In this document: piece after piece, positions 7,501 to 16,011 of the stretch
How the letters are laid out: the number at the start of each line of letters is the position of its first letter
Position numbering within the stretch: position 1 is the first letter of the stretch
DNA from: Planctomycetota bacterium
Lineage (GTDB): Bacteria; Planctomycetota; PLA2; JAEUHO01
Length of the DNA: 64,000 bases
Assembly (NCBI GenBank): GCA_046350655.1
Contig: JAXMAB010000013.1
Location: 54,785-118,784, forward strand
Direction: 5' to 3'
Position numbers and translations under genes: made by a program
Notes under the pieces: generated by a model
Told to the model about the DNA's origin: nothing
Database searches by the model: none
What the model saw: the letters and a program-made list of their open reading frames with translations, nothing else

Positions 7501-9991
7501 GAGCACGGCGAACCACCAGAACGGCGGCCAGCCGTACTTCGTCGCGACGCGCGTGATGACGCCGAACGGCGAGCAGGTCTGGCCCGCCTACCTGATCCCG
7601 ATCTCGGTCCTCGGCATCAACGCGGGCCGCGGCGGCATCGACTACCTCGACCCGATGAACCCGGTGGACCAGCAGAAGCTCGCGAAGTACGCCTACGACG
7701 GCGGCGGCGGCGGCAACGACACGTACACGCGGCCGCGCTGCGCGGTCGGCACCGCCGACCCCGAGGGCAAGACCGAGGTCTTCACCTACGACTCGTTCGA
7801 CCGGCAGAAGGCCGCGCCGTCGGTGCTCTTCGTGCGCGACAACGAGCCCGACCTCCTCGCGCTCTCGAAGAAGCTCCGGTACGACGACACGCCCACCACG
7901 GCCGCCGACCTCGGCGTCCCGGCGGCGACGTCCACGACCCCGGTCCCGCCGCCGACGCCCGTCGCGGCCCCGGTGCCCGCGGTCGGGGCGCCGCCCGCCG
8001 GCGGCCCCGTCGCCGTCCGCGCGGAGGGCGCCGGCGGCCCGTTCGTGCCGCTCCCGGTCGGGGGCGAGCCCGTCCCGGTCCCGGTCACGCCCGCGCCGTC
8101 GCCCGCGCCGTCGGACGGCGGCGGCTCGACGCCCGCCCAGGGCGGCACGCCCACGATGGGCGGCCAGGGCCCCGGCTCCGGCCGCGAGCCCCCGCCGGAC
8201 AGCTCCGGCGGCGGCGGCACCGAGCCCACGCCCGGCACCGGCCCCGGCAACAACCAGCCCGAGCCGGGCAGGCGCCCGCCGACCGACCCGCCGCCCGCGG
8301 ACCCGGGCGCCGGCGGCGGGGGCGGCGGCACGGCCCCGACGGTCCCGACGATCGCGAGCTGCAAGGGCGTGTTCTCGTTCCGCGGCGTCAACGGCACCGT
8401 GGACATCCGCCACCCGGCGAACTCGTCCGCGACCGAGGAGTCGCTGATCCTGCCCTGCTTCCGCATCCTGCGGCTGCACGAGGCGACGGGCCTGCCCGTC
8501 GGCGGCCCGCACGCCGGCTTCAACGACGTCGTGACGCTCTCGACCGGCAAGGACGCGCCGAAGCGCGAGCAGCTGCGCGTCCGCTGGTCCCACGGTCTCC
8601 CGGGCGGCGCGTCGTCGTCGTGGGTGGCGCTGCGCACGTTCATCGAGGCCGACCGCTACGAGGTCGACGTCGACGCGGACGGGACGCTCTACAAGCCCGA
8701 CTACCGCGGCGTCACGCGCATGATGAAGTTCCCGTCGGCCGAGATGCCCGACGAGCACGGCGACAACGTCGTGTGGGGCAAGAACGAGGTCGGCGGCGGC
8801 ACCGTCGTGACCGCGTTCTTCGACGAGATCCACGTCTGGCGCCACCAGAACGCGATCCCGACGGGCATCGTCGTCAACAACGAGAACCTCACCGAGACCG
8901 ACAAGGAGATCATCGTCCGCGCCCTGCCGCCGGCCACGACGCTCGAGGGCGTCGAGGGCCACGACAAGGACTGCGGCGTGCTCGACGTCGACGGCGAGCT
9001 GATCGTCTACCGCGGCACGCGGGCCGACGGCCCCGACACGATCACCCTCGAGCGCTGCCGTCGCGGCGCGCTGGGCACGAAGGCGCGCGCCCACGCGACC
9101 GGCTCGCCGGCGCGGTTCGTCCCCGACGTCTGGGTGTCGTTCGTCGAGGGCACGCTCAACCGCGACGCGTCGACGATCCCCATGGGCCGCACGCGCGGCT
9201 GGCCGAAGGAGGGCGCGGCGCGCATCGTCGGCGACGAGAACGTCGAGATCATCCACTACACGGGCATGTCGGAGAACGGGCTCGTCATGCCCGAGGCGCT
9301 CGGCGCCGACCCGACGGTCCGCGGGCGCGGGCTCTTCCGCGGCCGGTACGGCACCGAGGCGATCCAGCACGACAACGACGAGCTGATCGTCTTCCAGCCG
9401 TTCCGTCCCTGGGACCGCGCGATGCTGCGGCGCACGGCCCAGACCGGCGCGTTCGCGGGCGTCCACGACCACCCCGAGGCGTCCTACGTCGAGTTCGCGA
9501 AGACCGTGCGCGACGCGTGGTGGGTCGGCGTCGGGTGGACCGAGCAGCTCGAGGGCCGCGTCGCCGTCGACGGCGCCGACCGCGACCGTCGCGGGGCCCG
9601 GAGCCGCGACACGTCGAAGGCCGACCTGATCTGCCTCGTCCGGTTCGACGAGGGGGTCCCGTGGGACTCCGAGCGGATCGTCGACCTCCGCGAGGGACGC
9701 GCGCTGCCCGCCGAGGCCGCGGCCGACCCGCGCCGCTGGCTCTACGTCGTGGACAAGCCGGGCTCCGAGCTGCCGGACCAGGTCAACGCGCTGGGCGTCG
9801 AGGCCTCGACGGCGGAGTTCCGCATGTACTTCCTGTACCTGCGGGGCGCCTACCGCAACCAGGAGGCGGCCGGCGTCGACCCGTCGGAGCTGGTCTTCGA
9901 GAACGAGTGGAAGAACACGCCCTGGCTGCGGTCCTTCACCGTCAAGTACGCGAACCGGACGCGGATCCGGTCGTCCGCCGACATCCGCTGA
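4553..9991 (+). CDS. ~1810-aa GspK/PilK-like minor (pseudo)pilin fused to LamG and repeated phage-tail-like modules
   Basis: Prepilin-like leader RG-IAILSVITVLVALLMIAIPF; GspK-like WDVRDANALVNPN and PINLNTASREVL; LamG FTMSFWMRP/WYHLQV/LFVDG. Start at ATG 4553 (GGAG RBS) or GTG 4454. Confidence 0.7.
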   Translation: MVRPDARAPRGIAILSVITVLVALLMIAIPFVVSMKLGRDRTQSTAARNRAAFEAELVVRAVASYLHQTHPGVEQAAKQQGAGGLFGDDTVDTLREILPPPSYRKTLSDLVASAGGNVSNPRGSIWSWDVRDANALVNPNGSKADLIANLLGAATLSEEVDPGANVIAVQDVMPIPAMGLPAFREDGGYIRIGAEVIQYTTFRDGSFQGCSRGALRDTPLKDNGPAVTHPKASRVVDYTAYKLATHLVSANPGTLTSFETVDDLKSIQRWGGGGVIEADRFEALSKFLTVWSRRETTETFLEGQTSLAELPASAGEATGEQIKVRDATALGGHTYYLNPNTLVRITDGTQTDYTTILSRGDEKGGQLDVLVTTTSKLPEGRRYEGGATVVQAMAPYPINLNTASREVLAAVFAGLRLRGVESDKDVVTASVAWDLADKIVKGREGDLQVAGEDLRRKSGPFRHTKDFLQFLDELLATNALTQAQVYALARNAVNPNDGELAFGTTNFCFRTQDVYHIEGRAVVNDAAGTKEAEAALRQVVEIGANAVTSWVLDSQSDFELGLALGAGGKYVETYPFNVGYVTDKLPRIQPRPRAPQMVERKIYPSDERGVDIGDVRLQGSRLKLPGSPVLEEHFDTSYYADGWWTPASGAYQKGVKKLLNKGDAQDPYIHPFTMSFWMRPWSDGNWFAFDTGKESDMNRISLYVRDGDEGKELVLRVCDGTLEQRAAEIVCPLARLGYQPQTWYHLQVEVRGCDATQMELFVDGIAVGRRIGVTYLTAALSSDQDQVPVEDTDGFEAEGALVIGTEIVEYDQRQADGFTEVVRGARGTRAGEWPTGTAVRRLGYSHPITLELRRGGAGVEQLNWEVWNYVGVSATNPEDQVSVTINNVSLQFFGVKEDTNEFTFTAVNPDPSSSTSVQQLADAFNSKGFAVLAVRDFDPTPPGQAGGGAGGGGTGTNSGPKIGGWEVVYYTRSSSTFTITRYQSTANHQNGGQPYFVATRVMTPNGEQVWPAYLIPISVLGINAGRGGIDYLDPMNPVDQQKLAKYAYDGGGGGNDTYTRPRCAVGTADPEGKTEVFTYDSFDRQKAAPSVLFVRDNEPDLLALSKKLRYDDTPTTAADLGVPAATSTTPVPPPTPVAAPVPAVGAPPAGGPVAVRAEGAGGPFVPLPVGGEPVPVPVTPAPSPAPSDGGGSTPAQGGTPTMGGQGPGSGREPPPDSSGGGGTEPTPGTGPGNNQPEPGRRPPTDPPPADPGAGGGGGGTAPTVPTIASCKGVFSFRGVNGTVDIRHPANSSATEESLILPCFRILRLHEATGLPVGGPHAGFNDVVTLSTGKDAPKREQLRVRWSHGLPGGASSSWVALRTFIEADRYEVDVDADGTLYKPDYRGVTRMMKFPSAEMPDEHGDNVVWGKNEVGGGTVVTAFFDEIHVWRHQNAIPTGIVVNNENLTETDKEIIVRALPPATTLEGVEGHDKDCGVLDVDGELIVYRGTRADGPDTITLERCRRGALGTKARAHATGSPARFVPDVWVSFVEGTLNRDASTIPMGRTRGWPKEGAARIVGDENVEIIHYTGMSENGLVMPEALGADPTVRGRGLFRGRYGTEAIQHDNDELIVFQPFRPWDRAMLRRTAQTGAFAGVHDHPEASYVEFAKTVRDAWWVGVGWTEQLEGRVAVDGADRDRRGARSRDTSKADLICLVRFDEGVPWDSERIVDLREGRALPAEAAADPRRWLYVVDKPGSELPDQVNALGVEASTAEFRMYFLYLRGAYRNQEAAGVDPSELVFENEWKNTPWLRSFTVKYANRTRIRSSADIR

Positions 9992-10167
9992 CCACGCGGC
10001 GGGCCGCGCGCGCCGGCGTCCGCCGGCCGCGGGCCCGCCCCGCCCCGTCCCGCCCTCCGCGGCCGCCCCGCGGGGGGCGGCGTCGTTCCCGGGGGTGCCC
10101 CCGTGCCTCGGCTGGCCTCCCGGCGGCGCCGCGGTACCTTCGCCGCCTTCGACCAGGAACTCCGCCG

Positions 10168-10728
10168 ATGAACTGCAACGACCTCCGCAAGGGCATGATC
10201 GTCATGTACCGCGACCAGCTCTGGGTCGCGGAAGAGGTGACCCACCGCACGCCGGGCAACCTCCGCGCGTTCGTGCAGGCCAAGCTGCGCAACCTCAAGA
10301 CGCGCACGGCCATCACCGAGCGGTTCGGCTCGACCGACACGATCGACCAGGCCTGGCTCGACAAGCGGACCTGCGAGTACCTCTACGACGAGCCGACGGG
10401 CCCCGTCTTCATGGACGTGGACAACTTCGAGCAGTTCTCGCTGCCGAAGGAGCTGCTCGGCGACGCGATGAACTTCGTCCCGACGAACACGCGCATCGAC
10501 GTGTCGTTCCACGAGGGCACGCCGGTCACGATCCAGCTCCCGTCGAGCGTCGAGCTGAAGATCACCCAGACCGAGCCCGGCATGCGCGGCAACACGGTCA
10601 ACAACACGTTCAAGCCGGCGACGGTCGAGACGGGCCTCGTCCTGAAGGTCCCGATGCACATCAACATCGGCGACATCGTCCGCGTGAGCACCGAGTCGGG
10701 CGAGTTCCTCGACCGCGTGAACAAGTAG
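10168..10728 (+). CDS. efp: Translation elongation factor P
   Basis: NDLRKGM, HRTPGNLRAFVQAKLRNL, TEPGMRGNT, KPATVETG, VPMHINIGDIVRVSTESGEF; 186 aa. Confidence 0.97.
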   Translation: MNCNDLRKGMIVMYRDQLWVAEEVTHRTPGNLRAFVQAKLRNLKTRTAITERFGSTDTIDQAWLDKRTCEYLYDEPTGPVFMDVDNFEQFSLPKELLGDAMNFVPTNTRIDVSFHEGTPVTIQLPSSVELKITQTEPGMRGNTVNNTFKPATVETGLVLKVPMHINIGDIVRVSTESGEFLDRVNK

Positions 10729-10777
10729 GCCGCGTGGCGGCCGCCCGGCCCCTCGTCCGGGAGGTCGCCGGCCGACC

Positions 10778-13491
10778 GTGACGCCGGGCCCGTCCCGCTC
10801 CCGGACCCTGCTGCGCGCCCTGCTCCTGGGCGCGCTGCTCGCGGTCAGCGGCGGGGCCGCGCTCGCGCACGAGGCCGCGTGGCCGCGGCTCTTCACGCCG
10901 GTCGTCGGCGCGGGCCCCGCGACCACCGCCGCCGTGGTCGCCGGCGCCCTCGCCGGCCTCGCCCTCGGGGCCGCCTGGGGGGCCCGCGGGCCGACCGCGT
11001 CGCGCGCCCCGGCCGGCTCTTCGCCGCGGCGGAGGCGTGCGGCGCGGTCGTCGCCTTCGCGCTGCCGCGCGTCGTCGACGCGGCCGGCGGCGCGCTCGGC
11101 GCCGCGCCCGAGGGGGTCCGCCTGCTCGCGGTCGTCCTGCTGTGCGCGGCGGCGATGACGCCGCTCGGCGTGTCGTTGCCGGCGGCGGTCCGTTGCGTCG
11201 ACCCCGTGGGCGAGCGCGCGGCGCGCATCCTCGGCCGCCTCTACGTGGTCAACACGGTGGGCGCGGTCGTCGGCGTCGCGTGGCCGACGGCGTTCGGCTT
11301 CGAGGCCCTCGGCACGCGCGCGGTGATCGCGGTCGCCGCCGCCGCGCAGGCGGGCGTCGCGCTCCTGGCCGCGGTCGGGCTCGGGGGACGGCGAGGCCCG
11401 GTGGCCGTCGCGCCGCCCGCCCCGACCCCGCCGCCGTCCGCCGCGACGGTGCCCCTCGCGCTCAAGGTCGCCGCGGCGCTCGCGGGCGGCGCGGGCCTCG
11501 CGGTCGAGGTCGCGTGGGTGCGCCGGCTGACGCCCGCGCTGGGCACCACGTCGTACGCGTTCGGCACCGTGCTCTGCGCGTACCTCGTCGCCATCGCGCT
11601 CGGCACGGCGCTGTTCGGCCCGCGCGCGCCGCGGGCCGCGGGGGCGCGCCCCGCGGTCGTCCTCGCGCTCTCGGCGGTCCCCGTCGTGGCGCTGGTGCCC
11701 CTGCTGCTGCCGGTGGCGCGGTGGGCGGGCGACGTGCTCGGCGACGCGCTGGCCGCCGGGCCCGTCGACCCGCGCACCCTGCTCGGCATCCGGGCCGTCG
11801 CCACGATCGCGCTGCTCGGGCCGGCGGCCGCGCTCTCCGCCGCGGCGCTCCCGTGGCTCGTCCACGCGGCGGCGCCCGCGCGCGACCGCGCGGGGGCCGC
11901 GTCCGGCGTCGTCTACGCGTGGAACGCGGCGGGGAGCGCGGTCGCCGCGTTGCTCGCGGGCCTCGTCGCGATCCCGGCGCTCGGCACCGCGGGCACGCTG
12001 CGCGCCGCCGCCGGCCTCCTCGTCGTCGCGGCGGCGTGCGCGACGGCCGGTCGCGCGCGCGCGGGCCTCGCGTGCCTCGCCGTGGGGTTGCTCGCGAGCG
12101 CCGCGGTGCCGCTCCCCGACGCCGCGGGCCGCGACGCGGTGGGGGCCACCTTCGACCCCCTCTGGACCGACCCCGCGGACGCGCCGGCGCTGCGGTTCGA
12201 GGAGGGGCGCGCGTCGACCGTGGTCGTGCGCGCGCGCGACGGGCGGACGGAGCTCTGGGTGGACGGGAAGATCGTCGCCTCGGCGTCGCCGACGGACCGG
12301 ATGCACCTCGGGCTGCTCGGGCACCTCCCGATGTTGTTCCACCCCGCGCCGCGGCGCGCGGCCGTCGTGGGGCTCGGGACCGGCATCACGGCGACGTCGG
12401 TGGCCGCGCACGCGCCGGAGCGGCTCGACGTGTTCGAGCTCGAGGCCGCCGTCGTGCGCGGGGCCGAGTTCTTCCGCGACGTGGGGGGCGGGCTGCCGCC
12501 GGGCGCGACGCTCCACGTCGTGGACGGGCGGCACGGCCTCAACGCGGCGGACGCGCCGTACGACGTGATCACGAGCGACCCGATCCACCCCGCGGCGGCG
12601 GGCAGCGCGGAGCTCTACACCGACGAGCACTACGCGGCGCTCGAGCGGCGGCTCGCGCCGGGCGGGATCGTCTGCCAGTGGCTCCCGCTGTACGAGCTCG
12701 AGATCGACGACGTCGCGATGGTGCTGCGCACGCTCGCGCGGCGGTTCGACGTCGCCGTGTTCGTGGCGGGCCCGGACCTCGTGATCCTCGCCGCGCGGCC
12801 CGGCGGGTTGCGCGTCGACGAGGCGACGCTCGCGCGCCGGATGACGGGCCGCGTCGGCGACGACCTGCGCCGGCTCGGCCTCGCGTCGCCCGGACGGCTG
12901 CTCGGGCTGCTCGCGGCGGGGCCGCGGCGCGTGCGGGTGCTCGCGGGCGACGGGCCGGTGAACACCGACGACCGTCCGCGGCTCGAGTTCGCGTCCGCGC
13001 GCTCGCAGTACACGGGGTCGGCGTCGCGCAACCTGCTGTGGGTCGCGGGGGTCGGCGACGACCCGGCGGCGCTGCTGACGTCGCCGCCCGCCGACGCGGC
13101 GGCGTTCGCGGCCGGCGTCGAGCGCACGCGCAAGCAGCGGCGCGCGTTCGCGCGGTGGATCCCGGCCGGGATCGACGCGTGGGCCGGGGCCCTGCCCCTG
13201 TTCGAGGACCTCGCCGAGGACGACCCGACGGACCGGCTGTCGGCGTGGATGCGCGACGAGTGCGCGTCGCTCTGGGCGCTCGACGGCGCGCGCGGCGACG
13301 ACCCCGAGGGCGCCGCGGCGCGGGCCCGCGCGGTGCTCGCGCGACCGGACGCCGAGGCGCGGTCGCGGATCACGGCGGCGCAGGCGCTCGCCGACGCCGG
13401 GTTCGCCGACGAGGCGCGCGCGGCGGCGCGGGCGGTCCTCGAGGTGGCGCCGAGGTCGGCGCGGGCGCGGCGACTCGCGCAAGGGCCGTGA
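10778..13491 (+). CDS. Fused multi-TM/spermidine-synthase-like (aminopropyl- or methyltransferase) protein; -1 frameshift at G6 10977-10982
   Basis: The N-terminus SGGAALAHEAAWPRLF joins RADRVARPGRLFAAAE if one G is added (about 904 aa). SAM-binding VVGLGTGIT and YDVITSDPIHP...ELYT motifs. Confidence 0.85.
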
Positions 13492-13511
13492 CGGCCGGGT
13501 AGGGTGCGCGC

Positions 13512-14210
13512 GTGCGACCGGCCAAGCGATTCCTCGGCAGCCGCGCCCTCGCCACGCTGGTGGCGACGGCGATCCGGCCCTTCCGCGCGACCCTGATCGC
13601 GGGCTCGTTGCTCGACCGCGACCCGCGCCTCGTGGCCTTCCTCGCGTCGGGCAAGCCCGCGGTGTTCCTCTGCTGGCACCAGGACTTCGTCGCGTCGCTC
13701 GGCTACCTCTCGCGCTGGTCGCGGGTGCGCCGGATCGTCGCGCTCGCGAGCCCGTCGCGCGACGGCGGGCTGGCGGCCGCCGCGGCGCTCGGCCTCGGCT
13801 TCCGCGAGGTCGCGCGCGGCTCGTCGCGCGACGGCGGGGCGGCCGGGCTGCTCCGCCTCTCGCGGCTCTCGCGGGGCGAGGCGCCGCCCTCGGTGGTCGT
13901 GGTCGCGGACGGCCCGCGGCCGCCCGCGCGCGTGCTGAAGCCCGGCGGGCTCCTCGTCGCGCGCGACGCGGGCCTGCCGATCTGGCTGCTGCGCACCTCG
14001 TGGTCGCCGCCGGGCGAGCTGCGGCGTTCGTGGGCGAAGTTCCACGTCCCGCGCCCGTGGGCGAACGCGGTGGTGCGGGCCGACGGTCCGATCCACGTGG
14101 ACCCGTCGCTCGACCGTGCGGGGCTCGAGGCGGTCCGGCTCGAGGTGGAGGCCCGCATGAACGCGTTGGCGACGCGGGCCGACGCCGACGCCTTGGCCCG
14201 TTGGCGCTGA
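13512..14210 (+). CDS. DUF374 / lysophospholipid acyltransferase family protein
   Basis: CWHQ, ASPSRDG, ARGSS, ADGPRPP...KPGG, SWAKFHVPRPW motifs. Confidence 0.85.
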   Translation: MRPAKRFLGSRALATLVATAIRPFRATLIAGSLLDRDPRLVAFLASGKPAVFLCWHQDFVASLGYLSRWSRVRRIVALASPSRDGGLAAAAALGLGFREVARGSSRDGGAAGLLRLSRLSRGEAPPSVVVVADGPRPPARVLKPGGLLVARDAGLPIWLLRTSWSPPGELRRSWAKFHVPRPWANAVVRADGPIHVDPSLDRAGLEAVRLEVEARMNALATRADADALARWR

Positions 14211-14430
14211 GGCCTCGCCTGGCCGCGGTCTGCCGCGGCCTGCCGTGGCCTTCCGGTGCCCACCGGTGCTCTCCGGGTCCTTCCGGGTGCTCCCGGGTCT
14301 TTCCGGATCCGGTGCGCTCCGATGCCTGGCGGACCTTCCGGTGCTTCCGGGTTCTGCCCTTTCTCTCCGGTGCCGGTCGGGGGGGTGCGGGGACGCGAGG
14401 CCCGGGCGGGGGGCGCGTACCATCGTTCCG

Positions 14431-15087
14431 ATGACGCGTCCGCCGTCCGGTCCCCACGGTCCTTCGGGCTCCGGCCCTTCGAGTCGTCCTCCGCGCGACG
14501 TGCCTCCGCGTCGTCCGTATCCGCCGTCGCCTCCGGCCGCTTCGCCGGCCGCGGGCGGCGTCCGTCCGCCTTCCTCCGGCGCGGGCCGTCCTCCCTCGGG
14601 GCCTGCTCGCGATCCGCGGCCTTCCGCGCCGGCGCGGCCGGCGTCCTCGTCGGTCGCGCCCGCGCGCGACGACGCGGCGCAGCGTCGGGTCTGTGGTTCG
14701 TGTGATCTCTGTTGTCGGTTGCCGTCGATCGAGTGGCCCGAGTATCCGGAGCTGCACAAGCCGCCGGACGCGCCGTGTCTCCATCTCGAGCTCGGCGTCG
14801 GCTGTCGCGTGCACGCGAGCCGGCCGATGCACTGTGCGTCGTTCCAGTGTCTCTGGCTCATGGGGTTCGGTCCCGACGAGCATCGTCCCGACCGCATCGG
14901 TGGTTTCTTCGACGCGGTGGACGCCGGCCAGCTCTTCCTCGTCACCGACCGTGCGCGTCCCGATCCGCGCACGATGCCTGGCGTGCAGGCCTTCATCGAC
15001 GCCTGGTGTCGCACGCGCTCCTGCGACCTCGTCGTCTACCGCGCCGGCGTCGAGCTCCGCGACCCTCCGTCCCGTCCTCGTCGCTGA
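14431..15087 (+). CDS. YkgJ-like cysteine-cluster (Zn/Fe-chelating) protein with Pro/Ser-rich N-terminus
   Basis: CGSCDLCC...PCLHL...GCRVHASRPMHCASFQCLWL. TACCAT lies 7 nt before ATG 14431. Many T-ending codons. Confidence 0.7.
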   Translation: MTRPPSGPHGPSGSGPSSRPPRDVPPRRPYPPSPPAASPAAGGVRPPSSGAGRPPSGPARDPRPSAPARPASSSVAPARDDAAQRRVCGSCDLCCRLPSIEWPEYPELHKPPDAPCLHLELGVGCRVHASRPMHCASFQCLWLMGFGPDEHRPDRIGGFFDAVDAGQLFLVTDRARPDPRTMPGVQAFIDAWCRTRSCDLVVYRAGVELRDPPSRPRR

Positions 15088-15100
15088 CGTCCCTCTCTCG

Positions 15101-15740
15101 CCCGCCGCACTCAGTTCTGCGGCGTCACTTCCGGCGGCGCCCGCCGGTGCGCCGTTCGTCGTTCCGATCCACAGGCCGCTCGCGGCAGATACGCCGCGGA
15201 CCGCGATGAACGTCGCGTTCCCGCTCTGGAGTGAAGAGGGACCGACCTTTCCGGGTCGTGGAGCAGGGGCTCGAACTGCGACCCGTATCGCTTCCGGCGG
15301 CGCCCGCAGGTGCGGCGTGCGTCGTTACGATCTACAGGCCGCTCGCGGCAGATACGCCGCCCGTTCCGATCCTCGACGCCCAACCGGGCACCTGCGGAAC
15401 AGCGCCGCAAGGGAGCATCCGCTTCAACTCTGCTCCGCAGCCCCCAAACGAACGCGCGGCAGGTACACCCGTCTTAGGGGGGTACCCGCCGCACGCAGGT
15501 CGGAGGCGTCGCTTCCGGCGGCGCCCGCAGGTGCGCCGTGCGTCGTTTCGATCTACGGGCCGTACTCGGCAGATTCGCCGCCCGTTCCGATGATCGACGC
15601 CTAACCGGGCACCTGCGGAACAGCGCCGCAACAGAGAATCCGCTTCAACTCTGCTCCGCAGCCCCCAAACGAACGCGCGGCAGGTACACCCGTCTTAGGG
15701 GGGTACCCGCCGCACTCAGGGGGGAGCAGAGTTGAAGCGG
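15101..15740. repeat. Imperfect tandem repeat of a ~221-nt structured unit (2 full plus 1 partial copy) ending in an 18-bp inverted repeat
   Basis: Units 15290-15499 and 15511-15720 align nearly throughout; partial copy at 15128-15197. ccgcttcaactctgctcc (15640-15657) is the reverse complement of 15723-15740. Confidence 0.92.
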
Positions 15741-15918
15741 GTCCGCGGACCAGGGGCGGGCCGACGGGTGAGGACGGCGACCGACGAGACAGCCTCGCGG
15801 ACCCGGAATGTCGTGGACACGTCGCGCAGGCGACGTGGCGCGTCCCGCAGGGGACGCATGCAGACGAAACGAGCAGGAACCGAAAGAGCGCGAACCATTG
15901 CCCCAGCGGCCGCAGCCG

Positions 15919-16011
15919 CTAGAGCACCAGCGCCAACACCAACCCGAGGACCACGAAGGCCATCGTGCCGATCTCGCGCCGGACCATCCCTTCGAGCAGC
16001 GTCTTCGTCAT
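15919..16011 (-). CDS. Small 30-aa membrane protein MTKTLLEGMVRREIGTMAFVVLGLVLALVL
   Basis: ATG with GGAGG 8 nt upstream, mostly G/C-ending codons, C-terminal hydrophobic helix. Below the ORF-track length cutoff. Confidence 0.55.
   Translation of the reverse strand: MTKTLLEGMVRREIGTMAFVVLGLVLALVL

Noticed and set aside
3989-9472. 1827-aa minus-strand ORF, 2073-aa plus ORF 4507-10728 and similar giants (9850-14883, 16442-23095, 41684-45220, 44983-49674, 55224-59573)
   Set aside because: Arg/Ala/Gly/Pro-rich shadow frames of real genes, caused by stop-codon scarcity at high GC; no motifs. The only real part of 4507-10728 is efp from 10168.
15231-15604. Repeat-encoded peptide (LPAAPAGA.CVV.IY.P)
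   Set aside because: The period is not divisible by 3, differences between copies are mostly non-synonymous, and one copy has a stop.
15101-15740. CRISPR array
   Set aside because: Units are about 221 nt and repeated in full, with no unique spacers and no cas genes.
15378-15740. Integron attC sites (GCCCAAC 15378, GCCTAAC 15599 fit RYYYAAC)
   Set aside because: No properly paired GTTRRRY box closes a hairpin, the motif lies inside a stem arm, there are no cassette ORFs between units and no intI.
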